This document shows, piece by piece, positions 1 through 9,980 of a stretch of 64,000 nucleotides of DNA; positions within the stretch are counted from its first letter, which is position 1, and each line of letters opens with the position of its first letter. The position numbers were made by a program, and so were the translations under genes. The stretch is taken from positions 119,568 through 183,567 of IMG/VR virus record IMGVR_UViG_3300021256_000057. One strand, 5' to 3'. Under the pieces are notes generated by a model. The model was not told where the DNA came from and ran no database searches. It saw only the letters and a program-made list of their open reading frames with translations. This DNA is from a virus. Taxonomy: Duplodnaviria > Caudoviricetes.

Positions 1-792
1 TGCCGATATCACAAGAGATGAGCAGTCATAATCTGGACCCCATCGTGAGCCCTGGTCATATCCGTGAGAATCATCGTTTGCTATATTGATAGCCCACTGT
101 ACTGCATACTCTACTTTTGTTATCTGTGTAACAGGTGGATAGTAGGCTACACCAGATGTAGGATTGCTACCACCAGCAGTAGCACCATAGTCATAATCAA
201 GATCTACGTTCCCATGTATGCCTGGAATAGTCCCTCTCTCTGAATACTGCCACATGCAGTATGTTCCTTTTTTATAGTAGGAAGGAGAACTGCCTCCGAA
301 CTGTGCGACCCACACCTTGTATCCAGTCAATAGATCATTTGAAAAGAAATCGTTCAGTGCAGATGCGTTAGAATATAAGCCAAGGTTTCTAACACCAGAC
401 ATTTTCATCGTATTGAAAAACGCCCTTGTATTATTTGAGACTCTATCTGCACCAAGGCTAATTAGTTTGTGAGGGTTCGGATTTTTCCCTCCAACATCCT
501 CCACATCATAGAAGATAGGATACTCAAATGTTTTACCTCGAATCGCATTTAAGCAGGCGGATGCTTCTTTCACGCATCCTGCCTCATTTGATGCTTGACA
601 GAACCAATATATACCGCATGGTATATGATACTGTTTACAACTCGCGTATGAGGCTTCAAATTTAGGGTCAGTAGATGTACCATACCCAGCTTGTATGATC
701 ACAAATTGAACTTTTCCAGACGAAACGACCTGTTGCCAGTTGATAGGTCTATCATAATTGTGTTTAGAGATATCTATACCCATCAATGCCAT
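1..792 (-). CDS. GH25 muramidase + NlpC/P60 (Amidase_5-like) lysin, runs off window edge
   Basis: Manual translation from ATG at 792: MALMGIDISKHN..IIQAGYG..IFYDVED..GNVDLD, then ANDDSHGYDQGSRWGPDYDCSS. Absent from ORF track because open at the edge. Confidence 0.85.
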   Translation of the reverse strand, partial: MALMGIDISKHNYDRPINWQQVVSSGKVQFVIIQAGYGTSTDPKFEASYASCKQYHIPCGIYWFCQASNEAGCVKEASACLNAIRGKTFEYPIFYDVEDVGGKNPNPHKLISLGADRVSNNTRAFFNTMKMSGVRNLGLYSNASALNDFFSNDLLTGYKVWVAQFGGSSPSYYKKGTYCMWQYSERGTIPGIHGNVDLDYDYGATAGGSNPTSGVAYYPPVTQITKVEYAVQWAINIANDDSHGYDQGSRWGPDYDCSSLVISA

Positions 793-807
793 GATCGGAC
801 AGCTCCC

Positions 808-1323
808 TTACTTCTCCATTGTCTCAAAGATCTCTACAGCATCATTGTATCCTAGGTCTCGAAGTTCACGGCACATAAGAGTGATAGCTTCTGCGTATCG
901 ATACTTCTTTGGACAGAAGTCCTTTATCCGCTTCATCTCTTCAGTGAACTTTGTTGTATCTCTCGGAGCTGTACGAATATCTGTTGATGGCTCTGTCAGT
1001 ATAACGATCGAAGCAGCAGATGTGCCTGTTTCATATATGCCTCTATCTAGGATGATTATGCCGCCATCATTTGTTAGATGGTCCTCCAAACGTTCCTCTA
1101 TCAAGGACAAAGCAGTTTGAAATACATCCGTATCTGAAGGAGATGGTGTCTTGTTTAGAGGCCGAGCCTGCATGTACTTGACCATGATATCAAAAACAAA
1201 TCGTTCACATGCATCTTTAGCGGATCGGATGTCGTGGTCATTATCTACTGCATAGCAAAACGTCTCTTCTTTCTGATAGTTTGTAAACGCACCTTTAGGT
1301 GTGATCTTTATTGTGATCTTCAT
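808..1323 (-). CDS. hypothetical protein
   Basis: 171-aa ORF in operon context. Confidence 0.6.
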   Translation of the reverse strand: MKITIKITPKGAFTNYQKEETFCYAVDNDHDIRSAKDACERFVFDIMVKYMQARPLNKTPSPSDTDVFQTALSLIEERLEDHLTNDGGIIILDRGIYETGTSAASIVILTEPSTDIRTAPRDTTKFTEEMKRIKDFCPKKYRYAEAITLMCRELRDLGYNDAVEIFETMEK

Positions 1324-1327
1324 GTTA

Positions 1328-1726
1328 TCACTCCATTCGCAATTCGTTCTTGATGTACTTTGTAGGATCCTGCTTATAAAAGGTGCTAGACCCTATTCTT
1401 ACAGGAAAATGCTTGTCACCCACACTTTTTGATAAAAGTTCTACATGAACATATTTAGAAGCATGACCAATGCGATATCGCATTTGAAGTGCATCGTTCA
1501 GCTCCACGTTGATATCTTTCAGATGCATATAGCGGAACAGATGCTCACCATCGTACTGTATGGTCACACCGAATAAGCCATCACCATCTTTGAGAATAGA
1601 GACCACAACGCCATTGCACATCGTACAGACATCATCAGTCTTTACATCTACGCCTAGATGCTTTGATGACCATGGAGTTATGATCTCTATCGGTTCAAAT
1701 GACAGCATAGAATATGAGATTTTCAT
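1328..1726 (-). CDS. M23 peptidase-like protein
   Basis: HLGVD (HxxxD), YMHL and YVHVE motifs; likely start MKISYS at 1726. Confidence 0.6.
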   Translation of the reverse strand: MKISYSMLSFEPIEIITPWSSKHLGVDVKTDDVCTMCNGVVVSILKDGDGLFGVTIQYDGEHLFRYMHLKDINVELNDALQMRYRIGHASKYVHVELLSKSVGDKHFPVRIGSSTFYKQDPTKYIKNELRME

Positions 1727-1733
1727 TTTCTTC

Positions 1734-3194
1734 TTATCCCACCATGAAGTTTGTAGACAGATGCTCAAAGTTAGGATACATCGTACCAAAGTCTACTTTA
1801 TATGGAGTAATGATATTATTTGTTTTCTCGGAGCTGCCCACGAATGTCCGCCTACCAGATACATAAATCCCTTGTGTAGAAGCGACCGCATTTGCGTTAC
1901 TGATAACAAGTCTCTGTAGCTTCAAAGAGGTGATAAATGTATTTGATATCGTATGTGTTACGGACATGATGTTGTATACGCCCGTAACAGGAGATATGCT
2001 ATTCCCTGACATCACAAGGAGAGAAACAGGCTGTGCCAGCTCGAAATTCTTTACAGTACCAACTATCTGCACAGTAAAGTCACCGCTAAACTGTGTAGCA
2101 AGTGCATTGATGTCATTGATGATGTTGGATGCCTGATAGGTATCTGCTACGGAGCTGGACCAGGAGTTTACGACCTCCCAATCTCTTGTGATATCTTGAC
2201 CGCTGCCATCTACAGCAAATCCAACTTGTGTAAAGTTCATATCAGACAGATTATAAGCAACACCATCATAATTACCGCTCATAGTCAGGATATTTGTATT
2301 TGATGTACCATATTCTAGCAGCTCTAGTCCCTGCCCTGTCTGAAGCGCAGCAGATGATTTATAGTGGATGATACCAGGAGAAGTCATCGTCGGCTCTTCT
2401 ACCCAGTATGAGAATGAAGTACACTGAGGAGCTGTATCTGCATTACTGTGCCTCAAATACTCATTTACTGGTGTTACGGAATGATTATTCAGCACACTAT
2501 TCAAAGAATGGTATCCGTACCGTAGGCCAGCGGCATCTCTAGATGCACTATAAGACCGTGACAGTTTTATCAATCCAGGGAACTGATCATAGTCGTCCTT
2601 TGTAGAATAAGTGCCACGAATATAAGAATTGAAACTTGTCGTTAAGTTACCATGCGATATTAGTGTAGGTGCATCATTGTGATCTATATCTAGCTCATAA
2701 TAATAGTTGGCCTTTACCGCCTTTGCAAGAGCTTCAGCGACCGCAGATGGTTGTACAAACCCAGATAGTGCTGGTATACGCAAAACAGGCATACTGCTCT
2801 GTACAGACAAAGTAGCAAAGCCTTTTATCGTATACCTCATATACAGACCATCCGTTGATACCTTGAATGTAAGGGTAAACCCTTGATATGATCTATACTC
2901 TAATACATTACCAAAGTCATCTAACCAACCGAATGCAAAGGATACTGGGATACCGCTGGAATTAGGATATCTGCTTGCGTCTTGTGCTGCACTATATATC
3001 AATGCTTCAAACGATGATGCATTTACCCCTCTTGAAGCATCTCCACCTACGATGCAAGCTAGTGTGAATGAGGTCATGGAGGTTATCTCACTATTGGACA
3101 GCTCCAAGGATGTGAATGGAGAGGGTATCAATAGACCATAGTCAGTAAGAGATACCCCAGCCAATGTAAAATTACAAAATGCTGTTTTCTTCAC
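1734..3194 (-). CDS. putative baseplate hub / gpD-like tail protein
   Basis: 486 aa; C-terminal TGVYNIMSVTHTISNTFITSLKL typical of hub proteins; tail-module position. Confidence 0.55.
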   Translation of the reverse strand: MKKTAFCNFTLAGVSLTDYGLLIPSPFTSLELSNSEITSMTSFTLACIVGGDASRGVNASSFEALIYSAAQDASRYPNSSGIPVSFAFGWLDDFGNVLEYRSYQGFTLTFKVSTDGLYMRYTIKGFATLSVQSSMPVLRIPALSGFVQPSAVAEALAKAVKANYYYELDIDHNDAPTLISHGNLTTSFNSYIRGTYSTKDDYDQFPGLIKLSRSYSASRDAAGLRYGYHSLNSVLNNHSVTPVNEYLRHSNADTAPQCTSFSYWVEEPTMTSPGIIHYKSSAALQTGQGLELLEYGTSNTNILTMSGNYDGVAYNLSDMNFTQVGFAVDGSGQDITRDWEVVNSWSSSVADTYQASNIINDINALATQFSGDFTVQIVGTVKNFELAQPVSLLVMSGNSISPVTGVYNIMSVTHTISNTFITSLKLQRLVISNANAVASTQGIYVSGRRTFVGSSEKTNNIITPYKVDFGTMYPNFEHLSTNFMVG

Positions 3195-3228
3195 ATCGTC
3201 AGCTCCTTCTACCTTATTATAACGAGTT

Positions 3229-3272
3229 GAAAAAAAGAAATGGTGATAAGCACGTTATATGCCTATCACCAT
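3229..3272 (-). terminator. intrinsic terminator
   Basis: ATGGTGATAGGC/GCTTATCACCAT stem followed by U-tract on the minus strand. Confidence 0.65.
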
Positions 3273-3298
3273 TATATAAGGTTTAATACAAATCACGT

Positions 3299-3628
3299 TC
3301 AGATATAAATCAATGAGGTATTCACATGAGTGCTCGATCCTATTTTCAAATCTTGATGTGTGCCAATTCTGACACATTCAATTACGTTGTCAACTATTCT
3401 ATAAATCAGGACAAGGTCCCCCTTGATATGAATTGTATTACAAACCCCATAGGAATGCCCATTTCAAGAATACGAATAAGCATGTGCCTGATACCCGCCT
3501 GGTAGATCTCTAATATTAGGAGTTCTTCTTATAACATCGATTCTTTCTGATAGTTTAGTAAGATTCTCATGTGCTCCAAGTAATTGAAGTATGTCTTTCT
3601 AATACAATGAAGTGCATCGAATCTGCAT
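3299..3628 (-). pseudogene. YafQ/RelE-family toxin pseudogene
   Basis: One frame from ATG 3628 reads MQIRCTSLY*KD...YSYS*...HIKGDLVLIYRIVDNVIECVRIGTHQDL; in-frame TAG 3599-3601 and TGA 3464-3466. Confidence 0.7.
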
Positions 3629-3653
3629 GTACGAATCTGAATATTGCCTTTTC

Positions 3654-3881
3654 TTACTTGAGTAAATCTTCAATGGAATCACCATACATTTCATATCTCG
3701 TTTGGATAGCTTTCATCATATCAGCAGCACTGTTATATGGGCCAAATGTGAAGTCAGGATCTGCAAGTGCAGCTCTGTATTCTTCTACGGTCATTGGTAC
3801 AGGATTATTATAAGCCATCCCAAATATCTTTTTCATCTCTGCGATTTTATCTGCATCTGACATGCCAATGAACTTTTTCAT
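3654..3881 (-). CDS. putative RelB/DinJ-like antitoxin
   Basis: 75 aa directly upstream of the YafQ-like pseudogene; C-terminal GPYNSAADMM resembles DinJ-type tails. Confidence 0.4.
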   Translation of the reverse strand: MKKFIGMSDADKIAEMKKIFGMAYNNPVPMTVEEYRAALADPDFTFGPYNSAADMMKAIQTRYEMYGDSIEDLLK

Positions 3882-3899
3882 AAGACCACCCCCATAAAT

Positions 3900-4322
3900 C
3901 TACATGTATTTTAGAAGCTCTTTTACTGAAAACGGCATCTCATGTTTAGTATCTTCTGGAATCAACTGCGCTATCTCTTCTACTGAGTAACGACAGTTGT
4001 TCTTAATGGCCTCAAACATTGCATACTGTATGTCCTTAACTATTTCACTATGGGAGCTGCACCAATCGTGTACAGTGTGCTTCAGCGAATCAAGAGCAAC
4101 TATTTCATCATGAGGCCTCTTCTTCCAGGAAAAAGCTGCATATGCTTTTTGCGCTGTTTTATACCCAAATCCCTGTGCATCGTCAAACACTTCTCCAGTA
4201 TCGCTATCTATGATGATATATCGATACTCCGTATAGAAGTCTTGTGTCTTTTCAAGACGAATGACTTTTACATTCTCAGGTACAGGACGGTTGTATCCAG
4301 TATATGGCTTTTTCTTTCTCAT
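3900..4322 (-). CDS. hypothetical protein
   Basis: 140 aa; sigmaA-like TAGACA-17-TATAAT upstream (~4340-4368). Confidence 0.65.
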   Translation of the reverse strand: MRKKKPYTGYNRPVPENVKVIRLEKTQDFYTEYRYIIIDSDTGEVFDDAQGFGYKTAQKAYAAFSWKKRPHDEIVALDSLKHTVHDWCSSHSEIVKDIQYAMFEAIKNNCRYSVEEIAQLIPEDTKHEMPFSVKELLKYM

Positions 4323-4502
4323 AGTGCCTACCCTCTTAATTATAGCACGATTGATTCACCATGTCTATACACACAATGCACAAATACCACTCGGATAGTT
4401 GTGCATTGTGTAACAGTCTATTTTACTCGTAGATAGTTCCGCAGAGCGTAAGCTCGGATTTACCAAGCTCGGAGCTGAAGTTATTGTCTGCTGTATATGG
4501 CA

Positions 4503-5105
4503 TCAATAGCCGTATCTATCGCGGTCTTCAAGCTCGTTGATCGTTTGTTCAAGGGCGATTTCTGCTCCCTCATATGCCTCAGAGATGCTCTCATTCCACA
4601 TATCATCCATCATCTTATCAAATGCATCCTGATTGTAATTGAACAGCTCCTTTTCAATGTCGATCTCATGATACAGTTCATCAATAGTACCACAATCGCG
4701 TTCTACACGAAGCTGCTCAAGGTAATTGTAAATGCTATCATCGTAATCTGCAAACATCTCTACAATATCAGAAGATTCGATGTTATCAAGGTCGGAATAA
4801 TACTCTTGTCCTCTAGTAGAATAAATGACTATACTATCACTATCCTCCCAAGAGTTTCCGCCTGGATTCCAAAATACACTTGTAGTACCATCGGGATACA
4901 GATATAGATCCTGCTGAGGTCGTCCATTAGCATCCTTCATAAGCGCAATGATATCGTCCTTTAGAGAATCCCACTTATCATAAATCAGCTTGATCCAGAA
5001 CTGATTATCATGTGCCTCCTCTGATGCGCGGACATACTTACGGTATCTTGTATTCTTAGAAGCAGATACTCGATTTGACTTGTTATTTGAACGATAAATT
5101 CTCAT
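4503..5105 (-). CDS. acidic protein with basic N-terminal leader
   Basis: GGAGG SD; MRIYRSN..VSAS..VRAS leader; AACCTTATATA upstream. Confidence 0.7.
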   Translation of the reverse strand: MRIYRSNNKSNRVSASKNTRYRKYVRASEEAHDNQFWIKLIYDKWDSLKDDIIALMKDANGRPQQDLYLYPDGTTSVFWNPGGNSWEDSDSIVIYSTRGQEYYSDLDNIESSDIVEMFADYDDSIYNYLEQLRVERDCGTIDELYHEIDIEKELFNYNQDAFDKMMDDMWNESISEAYEGAEIALEQTINELEDRDRYGY

Positions 5106-5204
5106 ATTTAGCCCTCCTAATTGATATGGTACACTGTACCTACCGATATATAAGGTTGTATACTGTCAAGTATTCTTTAATTATTATAACGAGTGGAAAG
5201 ATGA

Positions 5205-5642
5205 TCATTCGCTTCCAAGCTGGAGCTGCATAGGTGGTATGGATGCAAGAAGTTCCCCCTTGTTGAACAGATCAGTAAAGTTCTTTAGTATGCGGATTCG
5301 CTGCCCCTCAAATACTGTGAAGCCATCTTCGATATTATTGAAATATGAGATGATCCAGCTATACTGTGCAGATCCATAGAATTTGTATGCGATAAGGTCC
5401 AATCTGTTCTCTTCCATGAGAGGTACTGTATACCAATCAAAGACTGCGTTTGAAACAAAGGCATTTGGTGTTTCCAGTGTCATAAATCTATCATCACTCA
5501 CAGGCCCATGAACGACTTGTCTAAGACCTCTGTATCTGCTGATATGATCAAAGTCACGGCACACAGTATATTCTATACCAGTATGATCTATTACTTTATA
5601 TGGTTTTAATGTGTCATAATAAATTGGTTTACTATATCTCAT
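5205..5642 (-). CDS. baseplate wedge protein (gp53/LysM-like)
   Basis: RLDLIAYKFYGSAQYSWIISYFNNI motif. Confidence 0.75.
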   Translation of the reverse strand: MRYSKPIYYDTLKPYKVIDHTGIEYTVCRDFDHISRYRGLRQVVHGPVSDDRFMTLETPNAFVSNAVFDWYTVPLMEENRLDLIAYKFYGSAQYSWIISYFNNIEDGFTVFEGQRIRILKNFTDLFNKGELLASIPPMQLQLGSE

Positions 5643-6673
5643 CCTATGATCCCTCGCTTTTGGATAGATGAGTAATTTACTGGCTCGTTTGCTATCTCTG
5701 TGATAGTAATTGATAGATTTACTTCGAGAGGCATGTCGTCAAGACCGATAGGACTTTCTTCATTGTACTCCCACTCCACATTTGTTAGTATGCCTGTGAT
5801 TAGAGCAGCTCCCTTGATGTATAGCGTAACTTTGGAGGTCAGAACCGCAGCTCCATTGAATTGTGGATAGCAGTTAGCCTCGCAGAAGCGTATCAGCTCG
5901 TTGCACTTACCATCTCGATGATCGCCTGTCCACATGTCTCTATGCATATGGAATGAGTAAGTATTCGTTCTGGGGCCGGAGGATCTGTATACATATGTGG
6001 GCTCATATTGATACAGCATATCAGGCATGGTATCATAAGTAGCAGCTACACCATCTTTTATACCAATAGGGAAAACAGGGAAGTCGATGGATGATCCACT
6101 CAACGATGAATATAGTGTTATCTCGCCCCATGGTAGCTTGAACCACTGCATGAATGAAGAAGATGATGTGCTATTTACGATCGCACCGCCAGCTCCACGC
6201 CCTGCAAATGAAGTAGAATCAAAAATAGTCTGCGGTATAGTGCCACTAGAATCCTTTGAGAAATACTTCATTGCATTAGAGTAAGTATCGCTCGATACAG
6301 GGATCCCATTCCCAAGCACATTTGTACTTGTTTTTATCTCCACGTCATCTGGTATCATAAGATAGCCTGGGATCGACCCGATCGTATGCATCACTTTCCA
6401 TCCATCTTCGGACTGTGTTGCAACAGCTTCAAATATATCGCTGTTATCTGTCATCCGGCCCAATATCTCACGTTTACGCTGATTCGGTACATTTCCTCCG
6501 CTAGATATATTATAATTATCTATCGCGTAGTTGCATACCTCTTTATACTCTTTCCCAACATTCTTTGTTCTTGGGAGCCAGTTTGTCGCCAATACCTCAT
6601 CAACATTCCTCGAACCTACCATATCGGACAGCTCCGACAATGTAGTTTTATCGTCTATTTTAAGGAGTTTCAA
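5639..6673 (-). CDS. tail-tube initiator / baseplate protein
   Basis: LysM-like N-terminus, tube-fold-like C-terminus (PLEVNLSITITE). Confidence 0.5.
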   Translation of the reverse strand: MKLLKIDDKTTLSELSDMVGSRNVDEVLATNWLPRTKNVGKEYKEVCNYAIDNYNISSGGNVPNQRKREILGRMTDNSDIFEAVATQSEDGWKVMHTIGSIPGYLMIPDDVEIKTSTNVLGNGIPVSSDTYSNAMKYFSKDSSGTIPQTIFDSTSFAGRGAGGAIVNSTSSSSFMQWFKLPWGEITLYSSLSGSSIDFPVFPIGIKDGVAATYDTMPDMLYQYEPTYVYRSSGPRTNTYSFHMHRDMWTGDHRDGKCNELIRFCEANCYPQFNGAAVLTSKVTLYIKGAALITGILTNVEWEYNEESPIGLDDMPLEVNLSITITEIANEPVNYSSIQKRGIIG

Positions 6674-7272
6674 TTGTTATTCACCGCCAATTCTGGAGCT
6701 GACCGTTTCAAACGTATACTCTTTACAACATGTGGTTCACCGAACATCGTAGGTGGACGGAGATCAATGACAGCTCCAGTAGATTCGATCGTAACTGTCT
6801 GTGCAAGCAGCTTTCTCCGTATCCACTCTTTGCTTTCTTTTAAGCAAGCCTTTGCTGATGCAGCATCGAACACATCATCTACATTATCTGTACCTAAAGG
6901 AAGTATCAGATCATGGATATCTTTTATATCCGATGTTGGTCCTATGACAGCTCCTAGCATATAGGAGTACACCCAATTGGGTATTACATAAGTCCCCTTG
7001 GTCTCGATATATTGATCAATATGATATTGGATAGCAGTAACAAGTTTCGCATGTGCGGTACTCAATTCTAGGTCAGCCTCATCTGGGTTACTATAATTCA
7101 CCCAAAAGAAGCCCTCAAAAGATGGACTAAACGTATCACCAGTCGCGTCCTGCGAGTATTCTAGTTTGCGAAACGCTTCAAACATTTCTTCATCCGATAT
7201 CAGATGATAAGGATAATTTGGCAGATATCCTTGATCGATATATCGTATCTTTATTACATCATGAATAAACAT
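6670..7272 (-). CDS. hypothetical virion protein
   Basis: 200 aa, coupled to neighbours in tail module. Confidence 0.55.
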   Translation of the reverse strand: MFIHDVIKIRYIDQGYLPNYPYHLISDEEMFEAFRKLEYSQDATGDTFSPSFEGFFWVNYSNPDEADLELSTAHAKLVTAIQYHIDQYIETKGTYVIPNWVYSYMLGAVIGPTSDIKDIHDLILPLGTDNVDDVFDAASAKACLKESKEWIRRKLLAQTVTIESTGAVIDLRPPTMFGEPHVVKSIRLKRSAPELAVNNN

Positions 7273-7285
7273 AGGACAGCTCCCA

Positions 7286-9937
7286 TCATACCATTAGTGT
7301 GGATCCTGAGAAGTAATGGAACGAGTTTGTTGACCAGGCATCAATGAACTTTGGATCTGTATCTTCAACGATACTTGCAGTAATGAAGAACGCGATCGAG
7401 CCAGGAGTTATCGTATTCTCATATGCATCATAGCTCGGTGTAAGCAAAGAGAACCTAGTGTCCTGCACCATATAGCTAGATGGGTTTGTTAGTACATAGG
7501 ATGCAATAAACTGGCCTGTCACCTTTATCTGGTTAGGCATCCTCCTCTTTGGGTAGTAGAGGCTAGGTCCTTGCGGCAATTCAAACGATGTTCTGATGAT
7601 AAAGTTACCAGTGCGGACATTTGATGTAGATGCGTTTCTCACAAGAACGGATGCGCCTACAACATCGCCGTTTGACTTGAATGTGATGCTCTTTAGAGCT
7701 ACCATGAAGTGATTATCATTAGGAGAAGATGTACTCCAGGATTCACTTGTAGTGACATTCAGCTCCTCATAAACAGATGTGCTTGCGCTGCATATTACTT
7801 CCATACCATCTACAACGAGATCCGGATCAGTCAGAGCAAACCGCTGATACCACAAGGTCATGTCTACGATATTCGTAAGATAGTTAATGATACTGCTATC
7901 ATAATAGAGACAAGAGCGATATAGATTGATATTAGGCGTACCAGATATCTTATTCTCAACACGGATACGAGAACAGTCAGAGATATTGATCGTAATATTA
8001 CTGCTTGCGTTCCCATATAGATGTAGATATACAGAGGTATTAAATCTGCTGTCTATATCGTAGATGTCGATCGTCTCTGCATCATCTGAATCAGTGACTG
8101 TCACATTGATATGGATCACATTTGGATTTTCTGCGTTCTGGATCTGATTTGCGTTAGGGAATGCTACACGCTGATTTACATACTCATTGAGGTACGCCTG
8201 TACTTCTTCATTTGAGGCACCAGAGGGTGTTGTAAAGTCCTCACCGAGCTGATATGCCAATACACCAGTACGGAGCAGAGCGTAGTCCATCAATCGCAGA
8301 TGACCATCTTCATCCAGATATACATAGCCATAGTCTGTTGCAGTATCTGGTACGTTCAGAAATCCGCCAACGATATCTTCTGAAGCTACTGGAATAGGAC
8401 CAGACAATACGATCGCATCAGAATACTCTTTTGCAGATGTGACAGTTACTGTGTAATAATACTTTTTAACTTCCCCATTCTCATCTGTATAAGTATATAG
8501 GAAGTAATCTATGTTCTTACGACCTCTATACTGAGTTAGATCACCCCAATACTCACTATATACCTCTGGATCATCTGTAGATGGCGGATCAGCTCCGTCT
8601 TCAAACGATGAGGATACAACGTTCAGCTCCAAGCCCTCACCGCCATCATAATCCTCTGAATACGCGATCTCTTGCACATACCCTGGTATGATGACATACA
8701 TGGTAGAAGGTTTCTTATCTATCACGGTAGACTCATAGATGACTGTGTTATCTTGATTTACAAGGATATAATCGCCAGGATTCCAATTATCATTGATCGA
8801 TGGAAGATCCTCTACAGCATCAAGGTAGTCGATGTAGAATATCTGCTTACCTCCTACGGACATCCGATAGGTATTAACATCTTCGCGCAGCTTCTTGATA
8901 ACATTTGTGTACTTGCTATCGACTGTACCACCTGTACCTAGGTTATAGTCTGCCTTTGGTATAGCCAATGATACTGGATCAAAATACAATGTTTGCCCAT
9001 GCTCATCAGTGACACTGTACCCAGCAGAGCCATCTATCTGCTTGTGTGGTAGGTATAGTCGTACTGATTCATTAGCGTCAAGACCAAATCTCGCAGATTC
9101 CAATTCAGGCTTTGTGGTGCTCTTATGAGGAAATGCATCCCATACGATAAGAGAATCATCTACAGCACACCATGTATCAGACTTCGTTTCAGTTCTACCC
9201 TTACCTGCATATACATAATGACTTCCGGGGTCAAGGCCTGTCTTTTTGATAAATTCATCAGACAGTAGATCATCTGCGCTTCCAGTTCTTATTGCATCAA
9301 AAATACGACACTTTGCTGGATAGTTGTTTGATACATTTGAGATACCAGAAGATGTGAACAAGAATGAGCCTAGTTTGATGTGCGCGGTCACTTCTGCCTC
9401 ATCGTTTGGCACATCACTAGGCAATTTGAACTCATCGCTTGGGAGAATTACTACTTGGATACCCTCGAATAGATACTCACCGGCACCTGTTGCATCTGTT
9501 ACTTCTGGCTTCAGCGACCCTGCCATAGTAGACTCTGTACTGTATATGGCAATAAGTCCTATTGAGATCTCGCCTTCGAGGATAGACTTGCCCTCAGCAC
9601 GGAGCTGTTCATTGATCTCGAACATATCAAGGGAGATAGGGACAAGAGATTCGATAAAGTGTCCATTTACAACAGCTCTGCCAGGTTGGATCTCAATGAT
9701 GCCGTTTGCAGGGATAGCAGCATCTTCTCCGAAATCCAGTGCATTCGAGCTAGCGAGAAGGTAAAAGTCCTTCTCACCATGTACGAATGACTGACCAATG
9801 TAGTAGTTTACGCTCTCTGATGTAGCAACACTATCAATGGAGCGCAGATTATACTCCGTGAGGAGCTGTCCTCCAGTCGATGTGTTCGTCATCGGGAAGA
9901 TGTTTGTGGTATTCACAGAAAAACATGTCAAATTCAT
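7286..9937 (-). CDS. large baseplate/tail structural protein
   Basis: 883 aa, acidic, IQPGRAVVNGHF motif; follows tape measure. Confidence 0.55.
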   Translation of the reverse strand: MNLTCFSVNTTNIFPMTNTSTGGQLLTEYNLRSIDSVATSESVNYYIGQSFVHGEKDFYLLASSNALDFGEDAAIPANGIIEIQPGRAVVNGHFIESLVPISLDMFEINEQLRAEGKSILEGEISIGLIAIYSTESTMAGSLKPEVTDATGAGEYLFEGIQVVILPSDEFKLPSDVPNDEAEVTAHIKLGSFLFTSSGISNVSNNYPAKCRIFDAIRTGSADDLLSDEFIKKTGLDPGSHYVYAGKGRTETKSDTWCAVDDSLIVWDAFPHKSTTKPELESARFGLDANESVRLYLPHKQIDGSAGYSVTDEHGQTLYFDPVSLAIPKADYNLGTGGTVDSKYTNVIKKLREDVNTYRMSVGGKQIFYIDYLDAVEDLPSINDNWNPGDYILVNQDNTVIYESTVIDKKPSTMYVIIPGYVQEIAYSEDYDGGEGLELNVVSSSFEDGADPPSTDDPEVYSEYWGDLTQYRGRKNIDYFLYTYTDENGEVKKYYYTVTVTSAKEYSDAIVLSGPIPVASEDIVGGFLNVPDTATDYGYVYLDEDGHLRLMDYALLRTGVLAYQLGEDFTTPSGASNEEVQAYLNEYVNQRVAFPNANQIQNAENPNVIHINVTVTDSDDAETIDIYDIDSRFNTSVYLHLYGNASSNITINISDCSRIRVENKISGTPNINLYRSCLYYDSSIINYLTNIVDMTLWYQRFALTDPDLVVDGMEVICSASTSVYEELNVTTSESWSTSSPNDNHFMVALKSITFKSNGDVVGASVLVRNASTSNVRTGNFIIRTSFELPQGPSLYYPKRRMPNQIKVTGQFIASYVLTNPSSYMVQDTRFSLLTPSYDAYENTITPGSIAFFITASIVEDTDPKFIDAWSTNSFHYFSGSTLMV

Positions 9938-9980
9938 ATCGGACAGCTCCTTATTTAGCTATTTACCCATATAAATGGTT

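Noticed and set aside
4422-4502. 26-aa ORF MPYTADNN.. coupled to the upstream gene
   Set aside because: Too short to support without homology or expression data.
794-9950. GGAGCTG as merely an alternative Shine-Dalgarno
   Set aside because: It overlaps some RBSs, but most copies are inside CDSs and about half are antisense.
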